Assembly: GCA_934754495.1 (NCBI GenBank)
Contig: CAKVHW010000001.1
Coordinates: 2,011-66,010, forward strand
Direction of reading: 5' to 3'
Length of the DNA: 64,000 bases
Source of the DNA: an uncultured Clostridia bacterium
GTDB taxonomy: Bacteria; Bacillota; Clostridia; Christensenellales; UBA1242
Below are positions 36,858-46,363 of the stretch, one piece after another (within the stretch, counting starts at the first letter, position 1; each line of letters opens with the position of its first letter). The notes under the pieces were generated by a model, which saw only the letters and a list, made by a program, of their open reading frames with translations, was not told where the DNA came from and made no database searches. A program made the translations under genes and the position numbers.

Positions 36858-39131
36858 TTAGATTGGAAACACTCTAACCACCAAAACAGTCATATCATCT
36901 TTGATTTTTCCGTCATTCAAATCCACTGCTCTATCTAAAATTTCTTCAGATATGGTTTGCGGATTAGTTGTTGTAATATTTTCTATAAATTCCTGCAAAT
37001 CAGACTTTTCGTCAAAAGCATCACTTATTCCGTCAGAAAGTAACACAATCGTGTCAAAAGCCTTAATCGTTCGCTTTGTAATATGCGGTTTCATTTCTTC
37101 CAATACACCTATTGGAAGCCCACTACTTTCTATTACTTCTACTTGGTCTTTGTTTTTAACAAATCCATATGTTGCACCTAATTTTATAAAATCACCAGTG
37201 TTGTTATTAAAATCTAGCACACACAAATCAACCGATGAAAAGTTTTCTTCATTATTTAGACTAAGAAGTTTGTTGATACTATTTAGAATAGTATCATTTT
37301 CAAAACCAGCCTTATAAAAGTTTTCTATTAATGTAATTGAAAGGTTGGAAATTCGTTGAGCTTTTTCTCCGCTACCAACACCATCGCACAGTGCAACCAT
37401 ATACTTACCATTATCAAGTTTTACCACACTATGGGCATCGCCATTTTTTAATACACCACCTTTGCTTATACTACTGCACCCAAAAACAAGGTCGAAGTTG
37501 CTCTTGGTTTTAAGGTACAATATGGAACAGCCCTTATTCACTGCCGACTCATCGCTTACTAACGCCATTTTTGTTTTGCACACATTAGAAACAATTTTTT
37601 CAACTTCTTCTTTTTTGTAGTTACAATTTCTTACCACAAGCGAAACGTTTTTAGATTTTTCTCGTTCTTCGTACACTATGGCTTCATAACACACAATGTT
37701 AACATAACTAAGTTCTTCTATTAGTTTATTTTCTTTTTCAGTATCAAAAGTAATATTAAGCCTTACTTCATTTGAAAGTTTTTTTAGCATTTCATTCACA
37801 CCAAGCAACTGGTCGGCAATTAGTGTCCTGCTTGCGTCCATATTACTTACTAAATGCGTATAATTTTTATAGCTCTTGATACTTTGATTTAGTACCGACA
37901 CAAGGTAATTTATTTTTCCGCACTTACTCACCAAGTATTGTGGCACATCAAGTAAGTTTACCTTGCCACGCTCAAAGCCACATTCAACAAGCATTTCAAA
38001 CACATCTCTTGTGTTTCTATTGCGGTTGCACATATTTTTTTCTGGGCAATTGGCACAAACCTTATTGGCAAGTTCGTCTGCAAGAAGGGTTTTTGCTTCA
38101 TCTTCTGGCAAAGTCCCCTTAATCATTCCACGATACACAACATTCATTTCTTCAAAAACTTGTGCAAGTTCGTTCATTCTTTTGCAAATGCCTGTTTTAG
38201 TGCGATTAACAAGGCTCCTAATTGCAACATTATCTCGCCTTACTCCAACCACATCTTTAACATATTCCAAAACAAATTTAGGGCAAGTTAAAAATACTAA
38301 TCCGCCACCACCAACTGAAATTAAACTAAACCACGAAAATGTTGTATAGGTTTTAAAAAATAATCCAAGCAATATCTCTGATAGTGTGACCGCCAGCACA
38401 CTAAATACCTTAAAACTTGTTTTGAATGCTAGTGCCGACAAACCATACACCACAAATACTGCAACGTAAAGTATATTAAGGCTGTGAATTGCCGACCCAA
38501 GTCCTAAAAGCCCAGCGATTAAAAATGTGTTTCTAGGCGATGTATAGGCAGTGATTAAGATGATAAACACACCCATAAACTTAGAGAACTCAAAAAAGTA
38601 AATATTTGTGTTGGCTAGCCCCATTCCCAAAATTACAAGTAATAGCGAACCGCAAATTTTTTCATCTAAATTAAGGCTTGCATTATACTCTCGTTTAATC
38701 GCAACAAAGAAGTTTAAAAAAACATACATGGCTACAACTTCCAGTAGCACCGCAAAGGTTACTACCAAATTTTGTTTTAGTTCACCAAAATTCAAATAGC
38801 AAAAACACACATTTGAAAATATAAATGGCACTAACAATGTGTATTTGTTTAATCGTTTTTTTATTTGCTTTAAAACTATTGCCGTTAGAACAACTACAGC
38901 AAAAACATTTAATGTTATGTACAAAGTTTTTAGGCTATAACCAGCAAGTGTGTTTCCCACTAAAAAACATATGGTTAAATATTTTGTTTTGTAGTTTAGA
39001 TACAACACCGCCAATATTGCCGAAATACCAAACGGCGACACCGAATAACCGCAGTTTGCCCTACCTAGAATATAAAAAAACAACACCGATAGTGCGGTTT
39101 TTAGTGTTAATTTAATGTATTTTTTCCACAT
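36858..39131 (-). CDS. spoIIE: stage II sporulation protein E (membrane PP2C phosphatase)
   Basis: 757 aa. About 10 N-terminal TM helices, a central regulatory region and a C-terminal PP2C/SpoIIE domain (ALCDGVGSGEKA...LLSDGISD...DDMTVLVVRV). Confidence 0.85.
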   Translation of the reverse strand: MWKKYIKLTLKTALSVLFFYILGRANCGYSVSPFGISAILAVLYLNYKTKYLTICFLVGNTLAGYSLKTLYITLNVFAVVVLTAIVLKQIKKRLNKYTLLVPFIFSNVCFCYLNFGELKQNLVVTFAVLLEVVAMYVFLNFFVAIKREYNASLNLDEKICGSLLLVILGMGLANTNIYFFEFSKFMGVFIILITAYTSPRNTFLIAGLLGLGSAIHSLNILYVAVFVVYGLSALAFKTSFKVFSVLAVTLSEILLGLFFKTYTTFSWFSLISVGGGGLVFLTCPKFVLEYVKDVVGVRRDNVAIRSLVNRTKTGICKRMNELAQVFEEMNVVYRGMIKGTLPEDEAKTLLADELANKVCANCPEKNMCNRNRNTRDVFEMLVECGFERGKVNLLDVPQYLVSKCGKINYLVSVLNQSIKSYKNYTHLVSNMDASRTLIADQLLGVNEMLKKLSNEVRLNITFDTEKENKLIEELSYVNIVCYEAIVYEEREKSKNVSLVVRNCNYKKEEVEKIVSNVCKTKMALVSDESAVNKGCSILYLKTKSNFDLVFGCSSISKGGVLKNGDAHSVVKLDNGKYMVALCDGVGSGEKAQRISNLSITLIENFYKAGFENDTILNSINKLLSLNNEENFSSVDLCVLDFNNNTGDFIKLGATYGFVKNKDQVEVIESSGLPIGVLEEMKPHITKRTIKAFDTIVLLSDGISDAFDEKSDLQEFIENITTTNPQTISEEILDRAVDLNDGKIKDDMTVLVVRVFPI

Positions 39132-39300
39132 ACTTTTTCACCTACATAATAGTGTAAAACCTTGCCCACAATCAGCCAAATTAATAATGTGGCTAGTTTT
39201 GTTGGAATTAGACAAATTATGTAGAAAATATAATTTTTGTATTATTTTATTAAGATTTACATCATATACATTAGTAATATTTTTAAGGGAGTTAAAAAAC

Positions 39301-39576
39301 ATGGAAAATGTTACTATTAAGCAAGCAGAACAAATAAACAACAAAATTTTGCTAGAAAACCGCAACAAATTAAACATTACAGGTGTAACAAAAATGATTA
39401 GTAGCAACGAAACATTGATTGTTATGCAAGTTAAAAACACTCGCCTAACCGTGTGCGGAAAAGCAATTAGAATAGAAAAACTTGACATCGAAAACGGCAT
39501 ATTAGATGCAAGTGGCGAATTTGACAGCATTAAATACAGTGACCACGGCGGAGTGTTTAAAAGGATTTTTAAGTGA
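39301..39576 (+). CDS. yabP: sporulation protein YabP
   Basis: MENVTIKQAEQ...LNITGVTKMISSNETLIVMQVKNTRLTVCGKAIRIEKLDIENGILDASGEFDSIKY. GGGAG RBS. Synteny with yabQ and divIC. Confidence 0.8.
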   Translation: MENVTIKQAEQINNKILLENRNKLNITGVTKMISSNETLIVMQVKNTRLTVCGKAIRIEKLDIENGILDASGEFDSIKYSDHGGVFKRIFK

Positions 39577-39911
39577 TATTAAAATACATACTTGGTGGGC
39601 TAATATGTGGGTGTCTGTACGGCTTAACACAATGCTTTGTTCTGTTTTTTAAAAAACACATTGTTGCCCAAATTTTATTCGACCTACTCTTTAGTTTTGC
39701 AAGCGGAATTATATATTTGTATATCACAATGGTGTTAAATCTTGGCAGTTTTAGATTTTATCTAACCGCAATATTCTTAATTTCGTTTGTTTTTCAACGC
39801 AAAACCATTGGAAAATTATTTGCCAAACTTTACACTTTGGTCTATAATTGGTTATGTAAAACAATAAAAGTGGCAAAAACCACAAAACTTGGAAAGGTCG
39901 TATTTAAATAA
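39573..39911 (+). CDS. yabQ: spore cortex biosynthesis protein YabQ
   Basis: 112-aa membrane protein. Its GTG start overlaps the yabP stop (GTGA). The position between yabP and divIC matches Bacillus synteny. Confidence 0.65.
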   Translation: MILKYILGGLICGCLYGLTQCFVLFFKKHIVAQILFDLLFSFASGIIYLYITMVLNLGSFRFYLTAIFLISFVFQRKTIGKLFAKLYTLVYNWLCKTIKVAKTTKLGKVVFK

Positions 39912-39915
39912 CACT

Positions 39916-40209
39916 ATGAAAAACAGCAAACAAACAGTTAAAATAGTAAGTACAATCGTTGTGTGCATAACAGCGGTTTTGTTTGTTGTGCTACTTTTTC
40001 AATTTGCTAAAATTGTTTCACTAAAAACAAAACAACGCCACTTAAATACCACAATTGAACAAACCCAAAAACAAATAGCCGAATACGATGAACTTCTTGA
40101 TTACATCAACTTTAAAGACGGCGAATATAGTCAAGAGTTTTTGGAAAACTATGCTCGTGAAGTTTACGGCTGGGGAAAACCTGGTAGAACATATTACACT
40201 AATAAATAA
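39916..40209 (+). CDS. divIC: septum formation initiator (DivIC/FtsB family)
   Basis: N-terminal TM, a coiled coil (LKTKQRHLNTTIEQTQKQIAEYDELL) and C-terminal ...NYAREVYGWGKPGRTYY. An alternative TTG start lies at 39889. Confidence 0.7.
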   Translation: MKNSKQTVKIVSTIVVCITAVLFVVLLFQFAKIVSLKTKQRHLNTTIEQTQKQIAEYDELLDYINFKDGEYSQEFLENYAREVYGWGKPGRTYYTNK

Positions 40210-40239
40210 CACCTTAATTTAATAATAAGGTGTTTTTTT
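40209..40239 (+). terminator. intrinsic terminator after divIC
   Basis: ACACCTTA-loop-TAAGGTGT followed by T7. Confidence 0.75.
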
Positions 40240-40325
40240 ATTGCTTTATATTTTTTTATTTTACCAAACTTGCAAACTCGTCACTAAAAAACAAAAAAGA
40301 CTAAACATCGTTTAGCCTTTAAAAA

Positions 40326-40403
<78 letters not shown>

Positions 40404-40423
40404 ATATTTAATTTACGAGTACT

Positions 40424-40452
40424 AGTATAAAATAATATTATGTGTTTGTCAA
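40424..40452 (-). promoter_or_regulatory. sigma-A-type promoter for the initiator tRNA
   Basis: Minus strand: TTGACA (40452-40447), 17-nt spacer, TATACT (40429-40424). Confidence 0.5.
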
Positions 40453-40629
40453 TAGTTTTTGTTAATTTTAAACATATAATATAATTTATTGGTCACCAAA
40501 CAATAAAAAATTGTAATATGTTGTCAAAAAAAATTGCAACATGTTTTTATACAATATATAATTCATGTTTTAATTTTTTGCCTAAAATAGTAAATATTTT
40601 AAAAAAAATTAATAAATTTAAAAATACTC

Positions 40630-40658
40630 TTGACATAAAATACAAACTATTGTATTAT
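40630..40658 (+). promoter_or_regulatory. sigma-A-type promoter for the tRNA-Met / tRNA-Glu pair
   Basis: TTGACA (40630-40635), 17-nt spacer, TATTAT (40653-40658), about 20 nt before the tRNA 5' end. Confidence 0.55.
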
Positions 40659-40677
40659 TACATTGTCTAAAATTTGT

Positions 40678-40754
40678 GGCGGCGTAGCTTAGTTGGTTAT
40701 AGCATTCGGTTCATACCCGAAAGGTCGTAGGTTCGAATCCCACCGCCGCTACCA
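40678..40754 (+). tRNA. tRNA-Met, elongator type (anticodon CAT; tRNA-Ile2 not formally excluded)
   Basis: GGCGGCGTAGCTTAGTTGGTTATAGCATTCGGTTCATACCCGAAAGGTCGTAGGTTCGAATCCCACCGCCGCTACCA. 77-nt cloverleaf with encoded CCA. The anticodon loop TTCATAC is like elongator Met. Confidence 0.8.
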
Positions 40755-40785
40755 AACTAATGCTATTTAGTTTTAAAAGTTTTAT

Positions 40786-40860
40786 GGTCCCATGGTCAAG
40801 CGGTTAAGACACCACCCTTTCACGGTGGTATCAGGGGTTCGAGTCCCCTTGGGACTACCA
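40786..40860 (+). tRNA. tRNA-Glu (anticodon TTC)
   Basis: GGTCCCATGGTCAAGCGGTTAAGACACCACCCTTTCACGGTGGTATCAGGGGTTCGAGTCCCCTTGGGACTACCA. 75 nt with encoded CCA. Confidence 0.9.
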
Positions 40861-40866
40861 AATATT

Positions 40867-40896
40867 AAAAGCACTAAGTAAGCTTAGTGTTTTTTT
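40867..40896 (+). terminator. intrinsic terminator after the tRNA pair
   Basis: CACTAAG-taag-CTTAGTG followed by T7. Confidence 0.7.
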
Positions 40897-41013
40897 GTTT
40901 TTAGAACATACATATCAAAAAAATGCACCTTATTATAAAAGTGCACTTTTGGTAGTATTTTTATTTTTCAATATTTTTTTAAAATAAAAACATTAGTTAA
41001 TAAAATTCATTAA

Positions 41014-42060
41014 TTAAAATGTAAATAAAATCAAATTAGTATTTGGTTCTATTTGTTTGTCTGCATAATTTTCAACAGACAAGTTATACTCAATTTTTGA
41101 ATAACCATCTTCACCAGCCTGTAACATATAATCAGGTTTGTATCCTGCCAAAGTTAGGCTAGAATTTACAGAACTATATGCAAGTTCGGTGTTGTCGTTA
41201 TAACAACTTATTTTTGTAGCACCCAACACGTCAAATGCGTACTTTGATACAAATTCCAAAACCGATTTAAAGTCAAGGTCATAAAATTCGCAATCGCTAA
41301 TAATGTTAAGTCTAAACTTTTTATCTTCCCTAACAAGGCTAATTAACGCAACAACCTTATGATTATTTGTGGTGCTAACAACCCATGATTTTACAAGGTT
41401 GTCATTTGCTAAATCTGTGATAACTCCAGCACGAGCAACACGTGCATTTTTATAACTTGGATTTAAAAAGAATGGCAATTCGCCCACAAACCTAACGCCC
41501 TTAAACACTCCTAGAATTTGGTCAACTTCGGGCTTAATAAGAGGCTCTACCACAAACTTCTTAGAATATGTATACCCGTCAAGTTTTTGTTCTAGATAGT
41601 CAAAAAAGTCAAGCTTGTAATCCTTAGTTGCATCCACTTCACCAAAAGCAAAAATAGAAGGTTTTTGAATGTCGTTGGTCATAATGGTAGGATTAAGTGC
41701 TTTTAAAATTTTAAACAATGCAACATTATTTTTAGCCGACATACTAATGCCAACCATAGTGCGGTTGTAATAATAAACATTATGTTTAATAAGATATTTC
41801 TCAAATTCGTCCACAACGCTATAATAACTATCGGCTCTAAACATATTAATGTGATAATTCCTAACAACAAATTTTAAGTAGTCATTTAAAAATATTTCTG
41901 CTTCACCCTTATCAAAATAAAAATATTTCGTATAGTTAGTACCACAAAACTCGTGTTCGTCAGCAGGAAATATGTCAAAAAAATTGTGTTTTGTTTCACA
42001 ATAATTTTCAAGTTCTATTGGTTTTGATTTTTCCAAATTTTTCTTAATAATTGCTTCCAT
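41014..42060 (-). CDS. hypothetical protein with degenerate GNAT-like C-terminal domain
   Basis: Start chosen at MEAIIKKNLEK (ATG 42060); the ORF track TTG at 42144 would overlap the upstream gene. The C-terminus ...FKSVLEFVSKYAFDVLGATKISCYNDNTELAYSSVNSSLTLAGYKPD resembles RimJ/L-type acetyltransferases but has no obvious Q/RxxGxG/A loop. Confidence 0.5.
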   Translation of the reverse strand: MEAIIKKNLEKSKPIELENYCETKHNFFDIFPADEHEFCGTNYTKYFYFDKGEAEIFLNDYLKFVVRNYHINMFRADSYYSVVDEFEKYLIKHNVYYYNRTMVGISMSAKNNVALFKILKALNPTIMTNDIQKPSIFAFGEVDATKDYKLDFFDYLEQKLDGYTYSKKFVVEPLIKPEVDQILGVFKGVRFVGELPFFLNPSYKNARVARAGVITDLANDNLVKSWVVSTTNNHKVVALISLVREDKKFRLNIISDCEFYDLDFKSVLEFVSKYAFDVLGATKISCYNDNTELAYSSVNSSLTLAGYKPDYMLQAGEDGYSKIEYNLSVENYADKQIEPNTNLILFTF

Positions 42061-42100
42061 ATTACATATATTAACACAAATTTTTTTTGCTTGCAACACC

Positions 42101-42814
42101 TTACATAATTTTATCGGCAGTAATGCTTTCAACACCACACCCAATCATCTTGATTGCAGTATTGTAGCCCTTAACACCCCACACCGAAACACCTATGCCA
42201 AAGTTGTTAAACTTTCTGACCGTATCTTTTCTAACCAGTCGCCAAAGCATGCTAACATTAACCTTATACTTTATACAAAAATTCAAAACCCTTCGCATTG
42301 GGTTGGACACCAACAACTGCAGTTTTTGATTTGGCAACATTTTTCTAAGGCGAATAAGAATACTTTGATTAAATGAAATCAACACACAATTTTTTAAATA
42401 TTTATGCCACTTTAAAATTTTCAAAACCTTATCGATTTGTTTATCTGAAAAATCATACTTAAACTCAATCACACACATCTTGTTATATTTTTTGCAAATT
42501 TTCACATACTTTTTAAAAGGGCAAATTGGAGCTGAAATGCTTTGCTTTGAATTAACAATTTTTAAGTGTTTAAGTTGTTCGAATTTAAAATCATGAATAA
42601 GGGTTTTTAATCCCAAAAGCCGCTTGCCGTTTTTATCGTGAAAGCACACGCATTTACCATCAGCGGTAAACTGAATGTCGGTTTCTACACCCCACACATA
42701 TGGGCTAATGCAAGCACTTTTAAATGCCGAAAACGAATTTTCAACCGCACTTTCGCATAGTCCTCTATGCAAAATAAGTTTTGTTAAATCGCTAATTCTT
42801 TCCAAAAACCGCAA
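42101..42814 (-). CDS. glycerophosphodiester phosphodiesterase family protein
   Basis: ILHRGLCESAVENSFSAF...GVETDIQFTADGKCVCFHD matches the GDPD HR..E.D..H pattern. TTG start; AAGGAG is nearby, so the exact start is uncertain. Confidence 0.7.
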   Translation of the reverse strand: MRFLERISDLTKLILHRGLCESAVENSFSAFKSACISPYVWGVETDIQFTADGKCVCFHDKNGKRLLGLKTLIHDFKFEQLKHLKIVNSKQSISAPICPFKKYVKICKKYNKMCVIEFKYDFSDKQIDKVLKILKWHKYLKNCVLISFNQSILIRLRKMLPNQKLQLLVSNPMRRVLNFCIKYKVNVSMLWRLVRKDTVRKFNNFGIGVSVWGVKGYNTAIKMIGCGVESITADKIM

Positions 42815-42924
42815 AACTCCTTAAATAATAATATATTAATTAATATATATATTTGACAAATTTTGCCCAATTAATTATACTTATACTGATTAAATGTGTT
42901 TTAGTAAAACAAAAAAGGGAAAAA

Positions 42925-43731
42925 ATGACAAAAAGCAAACATTCAATTTTTGCGATTTTAATCACTTCAGTAATGCTAATGATTGCTGTTGCATTTTTTT
43001 ACGTCCCTACAAATAAAGTTTATGCCGCCCCAACAACCTACACCATAACATACTCAAAACAAGGCGTGACAATACTTACTACAAGCATAGAACAAGGTTC
43101 AAACCTAACCGAAGCCGATATTCCACCTGAAATGTTACCTGAAATTGGCGAAAACGAAATGATATATTTTATGTACACCATGGGCGAAGACGGAACACTT
43201 CTTTCTGCAAAACGTACAGGCAACGATAGTAATATTATTATCTCAAACATTCAAGGCAACGTGTTTATATATTCACAAGTATTTAAAGACCCTTCAAAAC
43301 AACATAAGGTTACATTTAATTTTCCAGATGGATCCCAAACAACAATGACTGTATACAACGGCGAAGATTGCCCTGCTCCAGATTATAATCTTGGATTTTG
43401 CGAAAGAGCAAAATATAGTGCATCACTTAAAAATGTTCGTGAAGACATGACAATTAACGTAACAGTAGATAAGTCACTAAAATATGCATTCATAATTGGT
43501 TGTGGCACAGTGTTGCTCGCTGGAATTGTTGTAATTGTGGTAATTATTTTAAAACTTGTAAATACACCTGAAGACGATGATGACAGCGACATTACAGAGC
43601 CACTTGATGAAAATAATGACAGTGAAAATATTGTAGCTAAAGATGATGCCAACACTTCGCAAGGTGATATTCAAAGCGACACCACTCCACTAGATAGTGA
43701 AGCTAATGCAAACGAAAAAGTTGATAAATAA
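42925..43731 (+). CDS. type I membrane/surface protein with acidic cytoplasmic tail
   Basis: Signal peptide MTKSKHSIFAILITSVMLMIAVAFFYVPTNKVYA, a beta-rich ectodomain, a TM segment (AFIIGCGTVLLAGIVVIVVIIL) and a D/E/N-rich tail. Confidence 0.65.
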   Translation: MTKSKHSIFAILITSVMLMIAVAFFYVPTNKVYAAPTTYTITYSKQGVTILTTSIEQGSNLTEADIPPEMLPEIGENEMIYFMYTMGEDGTLLSAKRTGNDSNIIISNIQGNVFIYSQVFKDPSKQHKVTFNFPDGSQTTMTVYNGEDCPAPDYNLGFCERAKYSASLKNVREDMTINVTVDKSLKYAFIIGCGTVLLAGIVVIVVIILKLVNTPEDDDDSDITEPLDENNDSENIVAKDDANTSQGDIQSDTTPLDSEANANEKVDK

Positions 43732-43740
43732 AAAAGTATA

Positions 43741-43774
43741 AAAAAATCGACATTAATTAGTGTCGATTTTTTTT
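43741..43774. terminator. bidirectional intrinsic terminator
   Basis: A6-ATCGACA-loop-TGTCGAT-T8. Confidence 0.75.
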
Positions 43775-43831
43775 GTGTCAATTATTTATAATGTTCACTT
43801 AAATTGTTACATGGTAAACAACTATTTCTTT

Positions 43832-44800
43832 TTACGCCGCCTTTGCTTCTTTTTTTACTCTTTTAAGTTCTTTCTTTTTGGCTTTCTTTTCCATTTTCAA
43901 AACTTTCTTTTCGTCTTTAGCAATCTTTTTAAGACGTTTTTTGCGTTCTTTTTTACTTTCAATAGGTTCAATATCAAGCTCTTCTTCTAGTAGGTGTGGG
44001 TTTTGCATAAACTTTTTAAACATTCTTACACTCTTAACAAAATAAAAACCATCGCAATATCTTTCTTCGGTTGTCATGCCCATTTTTAACACTTTGCCTA
44101 TTTTTATTTCATCTCCTTCAACAACAGGTTCCATTTTTTCTTTACCTATACTATAAAACATACCTGTTGTACCAAAATTGTAAAGGTGGTGATGAATGTA
44201 ATCGCCATGAATTGATTTAAGGTTTGTGAAATAAAAACTTGTGTGGAATGGTGATACATCAATAAGTTTTTTAGGCATAATTCCTAAATAGTCTAATCCT
44301 CTTAATATGTTTACGGCAAATCTCACAAGGCAATTTGGAATGAATTTAAACACGTTAGCAGTCTTTTCAGTGCTATTTTTATCGTCCATTGCATGCTTAA
44401 TATTTCTATCCAAAATTTCTTTAACTTCGTAGATGTTTTCTCTACCAGTAAAGCGAATCTTCATTGTTGCGTCTGGACTTTCGTCATTTAGACCCTTTTT
44501 AACTGTAAACGAAACATATAGGCCGTTACGTTGGTACACTCTACCAGCAACTGCAAATCTGTTAAGATGTGGGCGTAATGCATATAATCTTACTGCACCA
44601 GCCAACAAAATATCCATGTAAGAAAAACAAATCCCTTCTTTTTCACGTTTTTCTTTAATAAATTCATCAAAAGGTTCACACCTAAGTTCTACAACGTTAA
44701 AATTCATCGCATCGTTACGAGTTTTCATTAGAATAGGTACAAGGGCTGTTTCTGCATCAATATCTTTTACTCTAACTCCATCGCTTCTAAAACCAAACAT
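43832..44800 (-). CDS. stand-alone 2-oxoacid dehydrogenase E2 / CAT-like acyltransferase domain with Lys-rich tail
   Basis: 322 aa. ...FSYMDILLAGAVRLYALRPHLNRF... and ...GMTTEERYCDGFYFVKSV resemble the E2/chloramphenicol-acetyltransferase catalytic fold. No lipoyl domain. Tail is KKERKKRLKKIAKDEKKVLKMEKKAKKKELKRVKKEAKAA. Confidence 0.55.
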   Translation of the reverse strand: MFGFRSDGVRVKDIDAETALVPILMKTRNDAMNFNVVELRCEPFDEFIKEKREKEGICFSYMDILLAGAVRLYALRPHLNRFAVAGRVYQRNGLYVSFTVKKGLNDESPDATMKIRFTGRENIYEVKEILDRNIKHAMDDKNSTEKTANVFKFIPNCLVRFAVNILRGLDYLGIMPKKLIDVSPFHTSFYFTNLKSIHGDYIHHHLYNFGTTGMFYSIGKEKMEPVVEGDEIKIGKVLKMGMTTEERYCDGFYFVKSVRMFKKFMQNPHLLEEELDIEPIESKKERKKRLKKIAKDEKKVLKMEKKAKKKELKRVKKEAKAA

Positions 44801-44905
44801 AATTTTACTCCTAAAAATCTATATGTTTTAATTATATAGTTTTTTAAGCAATTTGAAAAGAAAAATTACTTGCTTTTGGAATATTTAACAAAAAATAGCC
44901 CAATT

Positions 44906-45472
44906 TTAGTGGCTATTTTTATTTTTATTATTCGCTTCTTCTTCAATATATTTGTTTAACATATTGTTATATTGTTCTTCAGTGATTGCACCGACTTCTT
45001 TTTGTTGTTTTATAAAGTTTATTTTTTCTGTTAATATGTCCATACTAGATTGCGGTTTTGCCTGCTCTGCAACAGCCCTACTTTCGCCGTTTTTAAGCAT
45101 ATTGCCCACAACGATTGCCATAATTCCTGGAACCAGCGAAACGACAAACAACAATTGCAACACACCAGTGTAAATAACAATTTTATACCCACCAATTATG
45201 ATGTTTTGGGTTTTGCTATATCTTAAGTATGTTACTCCTGCATACATGTTTAGGAATGCCCCAACAAAGCAATCCGTAATTGTCATAGTAATTTGAAAAT
45301 TTAAATCTGTTTCGTCTTTCAATTCCATGGCTTTCATAAAAAAATCTCTTACCATGGCTTTAATATTCCACGCATCAAACAAGTACAAGGCAACAGCAAT
45401 AATGAATAGTCCTGCTATCACAAAACTTATTATTGCTGTTATTGTTAGTAATGTTTTATTTTTTTTAGTCAT
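44906..45472 (-). CDS. four-TM membrane protein with SHOCT-like C-terminal helix
   Basis: 188 aa. C-terminus is ...INFIKQQKEVGAITEEQYNNMLNKYI. Its start overlaps the upstream paralogue's stop. Confidence 0.6.
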   Translation of the reverse strand: MTKKNKTLLTITAIISFVIAGLFIIAVALYLFDAWNIKAMVRDFFMKAMELKDETDLNFQITMTITDCFVGAFLNMYAGVTYLRYSKTQNIIIGGYKIVIYTGVLQLLFVVSLVPGIMAIVVGNMLKNGESRAVAEQAKPQSSMDILTEKINFIKQQKEVGAITEEQYNNMLNKYIEEEANNKNKNSH

Positions 45473-45998
45473 TGTCCACCAATAATTTGGTTAGCATATC
45501 CAAAAACTCTTGTTTGGATATTGTACCATCTTCCTTTAATTTTTTTACTTGGTCTATTTTTTGTTTTAAGTGAACCGAATATTCTTTTTCGGTGTTAAAA
45601 GCATCTGGTTGGTTTTTATCTACAATAAGGCCAGCAATCACAAGCACACTTGCAACAACCGAATTGCACAATACCATATTAACTGCCGAGCCACTTGCAA
45701 CTAGCCCACGTGATGTAAGCGGATTAGTGCCAAGTTTGCTTTGAGCCAAATAAAGCCCACCACTTGCAAAACCAATAATTGTAGTTAGCCCAAGATAAAC
45801 AAACAAGCCCGCAATTAAAATTGTAACAAGGCTAGCATTGTATGCCACAATATTGGACCTATTAATAGTTATTCTTAACCACGAATCAAGTGCTTCTATT
45901 TTCACTGCTAGCACAATTAAAACCGCCATAGTAGCTACTGCTCTAGCAATTTGCATTGCACCGGCAACTAAAAGCAAAGTATTTCTGTTGTTTTTCAT
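45465..45998 (-). CDS. four-TM membrane protein with SHOCT-like C-terminal helix
   Basis: Start at MKNNRNTLLLVAG (ATG 45998, AGAGGTG RBS). C-terminus is ...IDQVKKLKEDGTISKQEFLDMLTKLL. Confidence 0.6.
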   Translation of the reverse strand: MKNNRNTLLLVAGAMQIARAVATMAVLIVLAVKIEALDSWLRITINRSNIVAYNASLVTILIAGLFVYLGLTTIIGFASGGLYLAQSKLGTNPLTSRGLVASGSAVNMVLCNSVVASVLVIAGLIVDKNQPDAFNTEKEYSVHLKQKIDQVKKLKEDGTISKQEFLDMLTKLLVDND

Positions 45999-46045
45999 AT
46001 GTACACCTCTAAAATAATAATAGCACACATTAAACATTAATCAAA

Positions 46046-46363
46046 TTAAAATTGACTGGAATAATCCTTAACAATTTTTAATATTTCATCAAAGTCATCA
46101 TCTTCGGCACATTTATTACGGCATATTGCACCACATTTTTCGCATTTATGCACCACAACATAACCCTTTTTGCCGTTAAGTTCTACATTAATTGGTTTAA
46201 GTACTCCCTTGCAAGGATTTGCCCTATCGCCAGGCATAATATCCACATGCAACGAGTGTAAGCAATATGGGCAGTGATTGCGAGAACTATATTTTAGTGG
46301 TGGTACTATTTTACCACAATGTGCACATTTAAATCCGCTATCGTTTTTTGTAAAGTTCTTCAT
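46046..46363 (-). CDS. RNHCP-domain Zn-ribbon protein
   Basis: 105 aa containing the literal SRNHCPYC motif plus CAHCG and CEKCG pairs. 4-nt overlap with radC. Confidence 0.7.
   Translation of the reverse strand: MKNFTKNDSGFKCAHCGKIVPPLKYSSRNHCPYCLHSLHVDIMPGDRANPCKGVLKPINVELNGKKGYVVVHKCEKCGAICRNKCAEDDDFDEILKIVKDYSSQF

Noticed and set aside
39301-39576. Possible Mollicutes-type genetic code (TGA = Trp), given the low GC content and multiple DegV genes.
   Set aside because: Well-defined genes end at TGA (for example yabP, whose TGA overlaps the yabQ GTG). Conserved Trp positions use TGG, and gene lengths are normal under code 11.
43760-43990. 76-aa F/L-rich plus-strand ORF.
   Set aside because: It is the antisense reading of the Lys-rich (AAA/AAG) tail of the acyltransferase gene (TTT/CTT codons) and crosses the bidirectional terminator.
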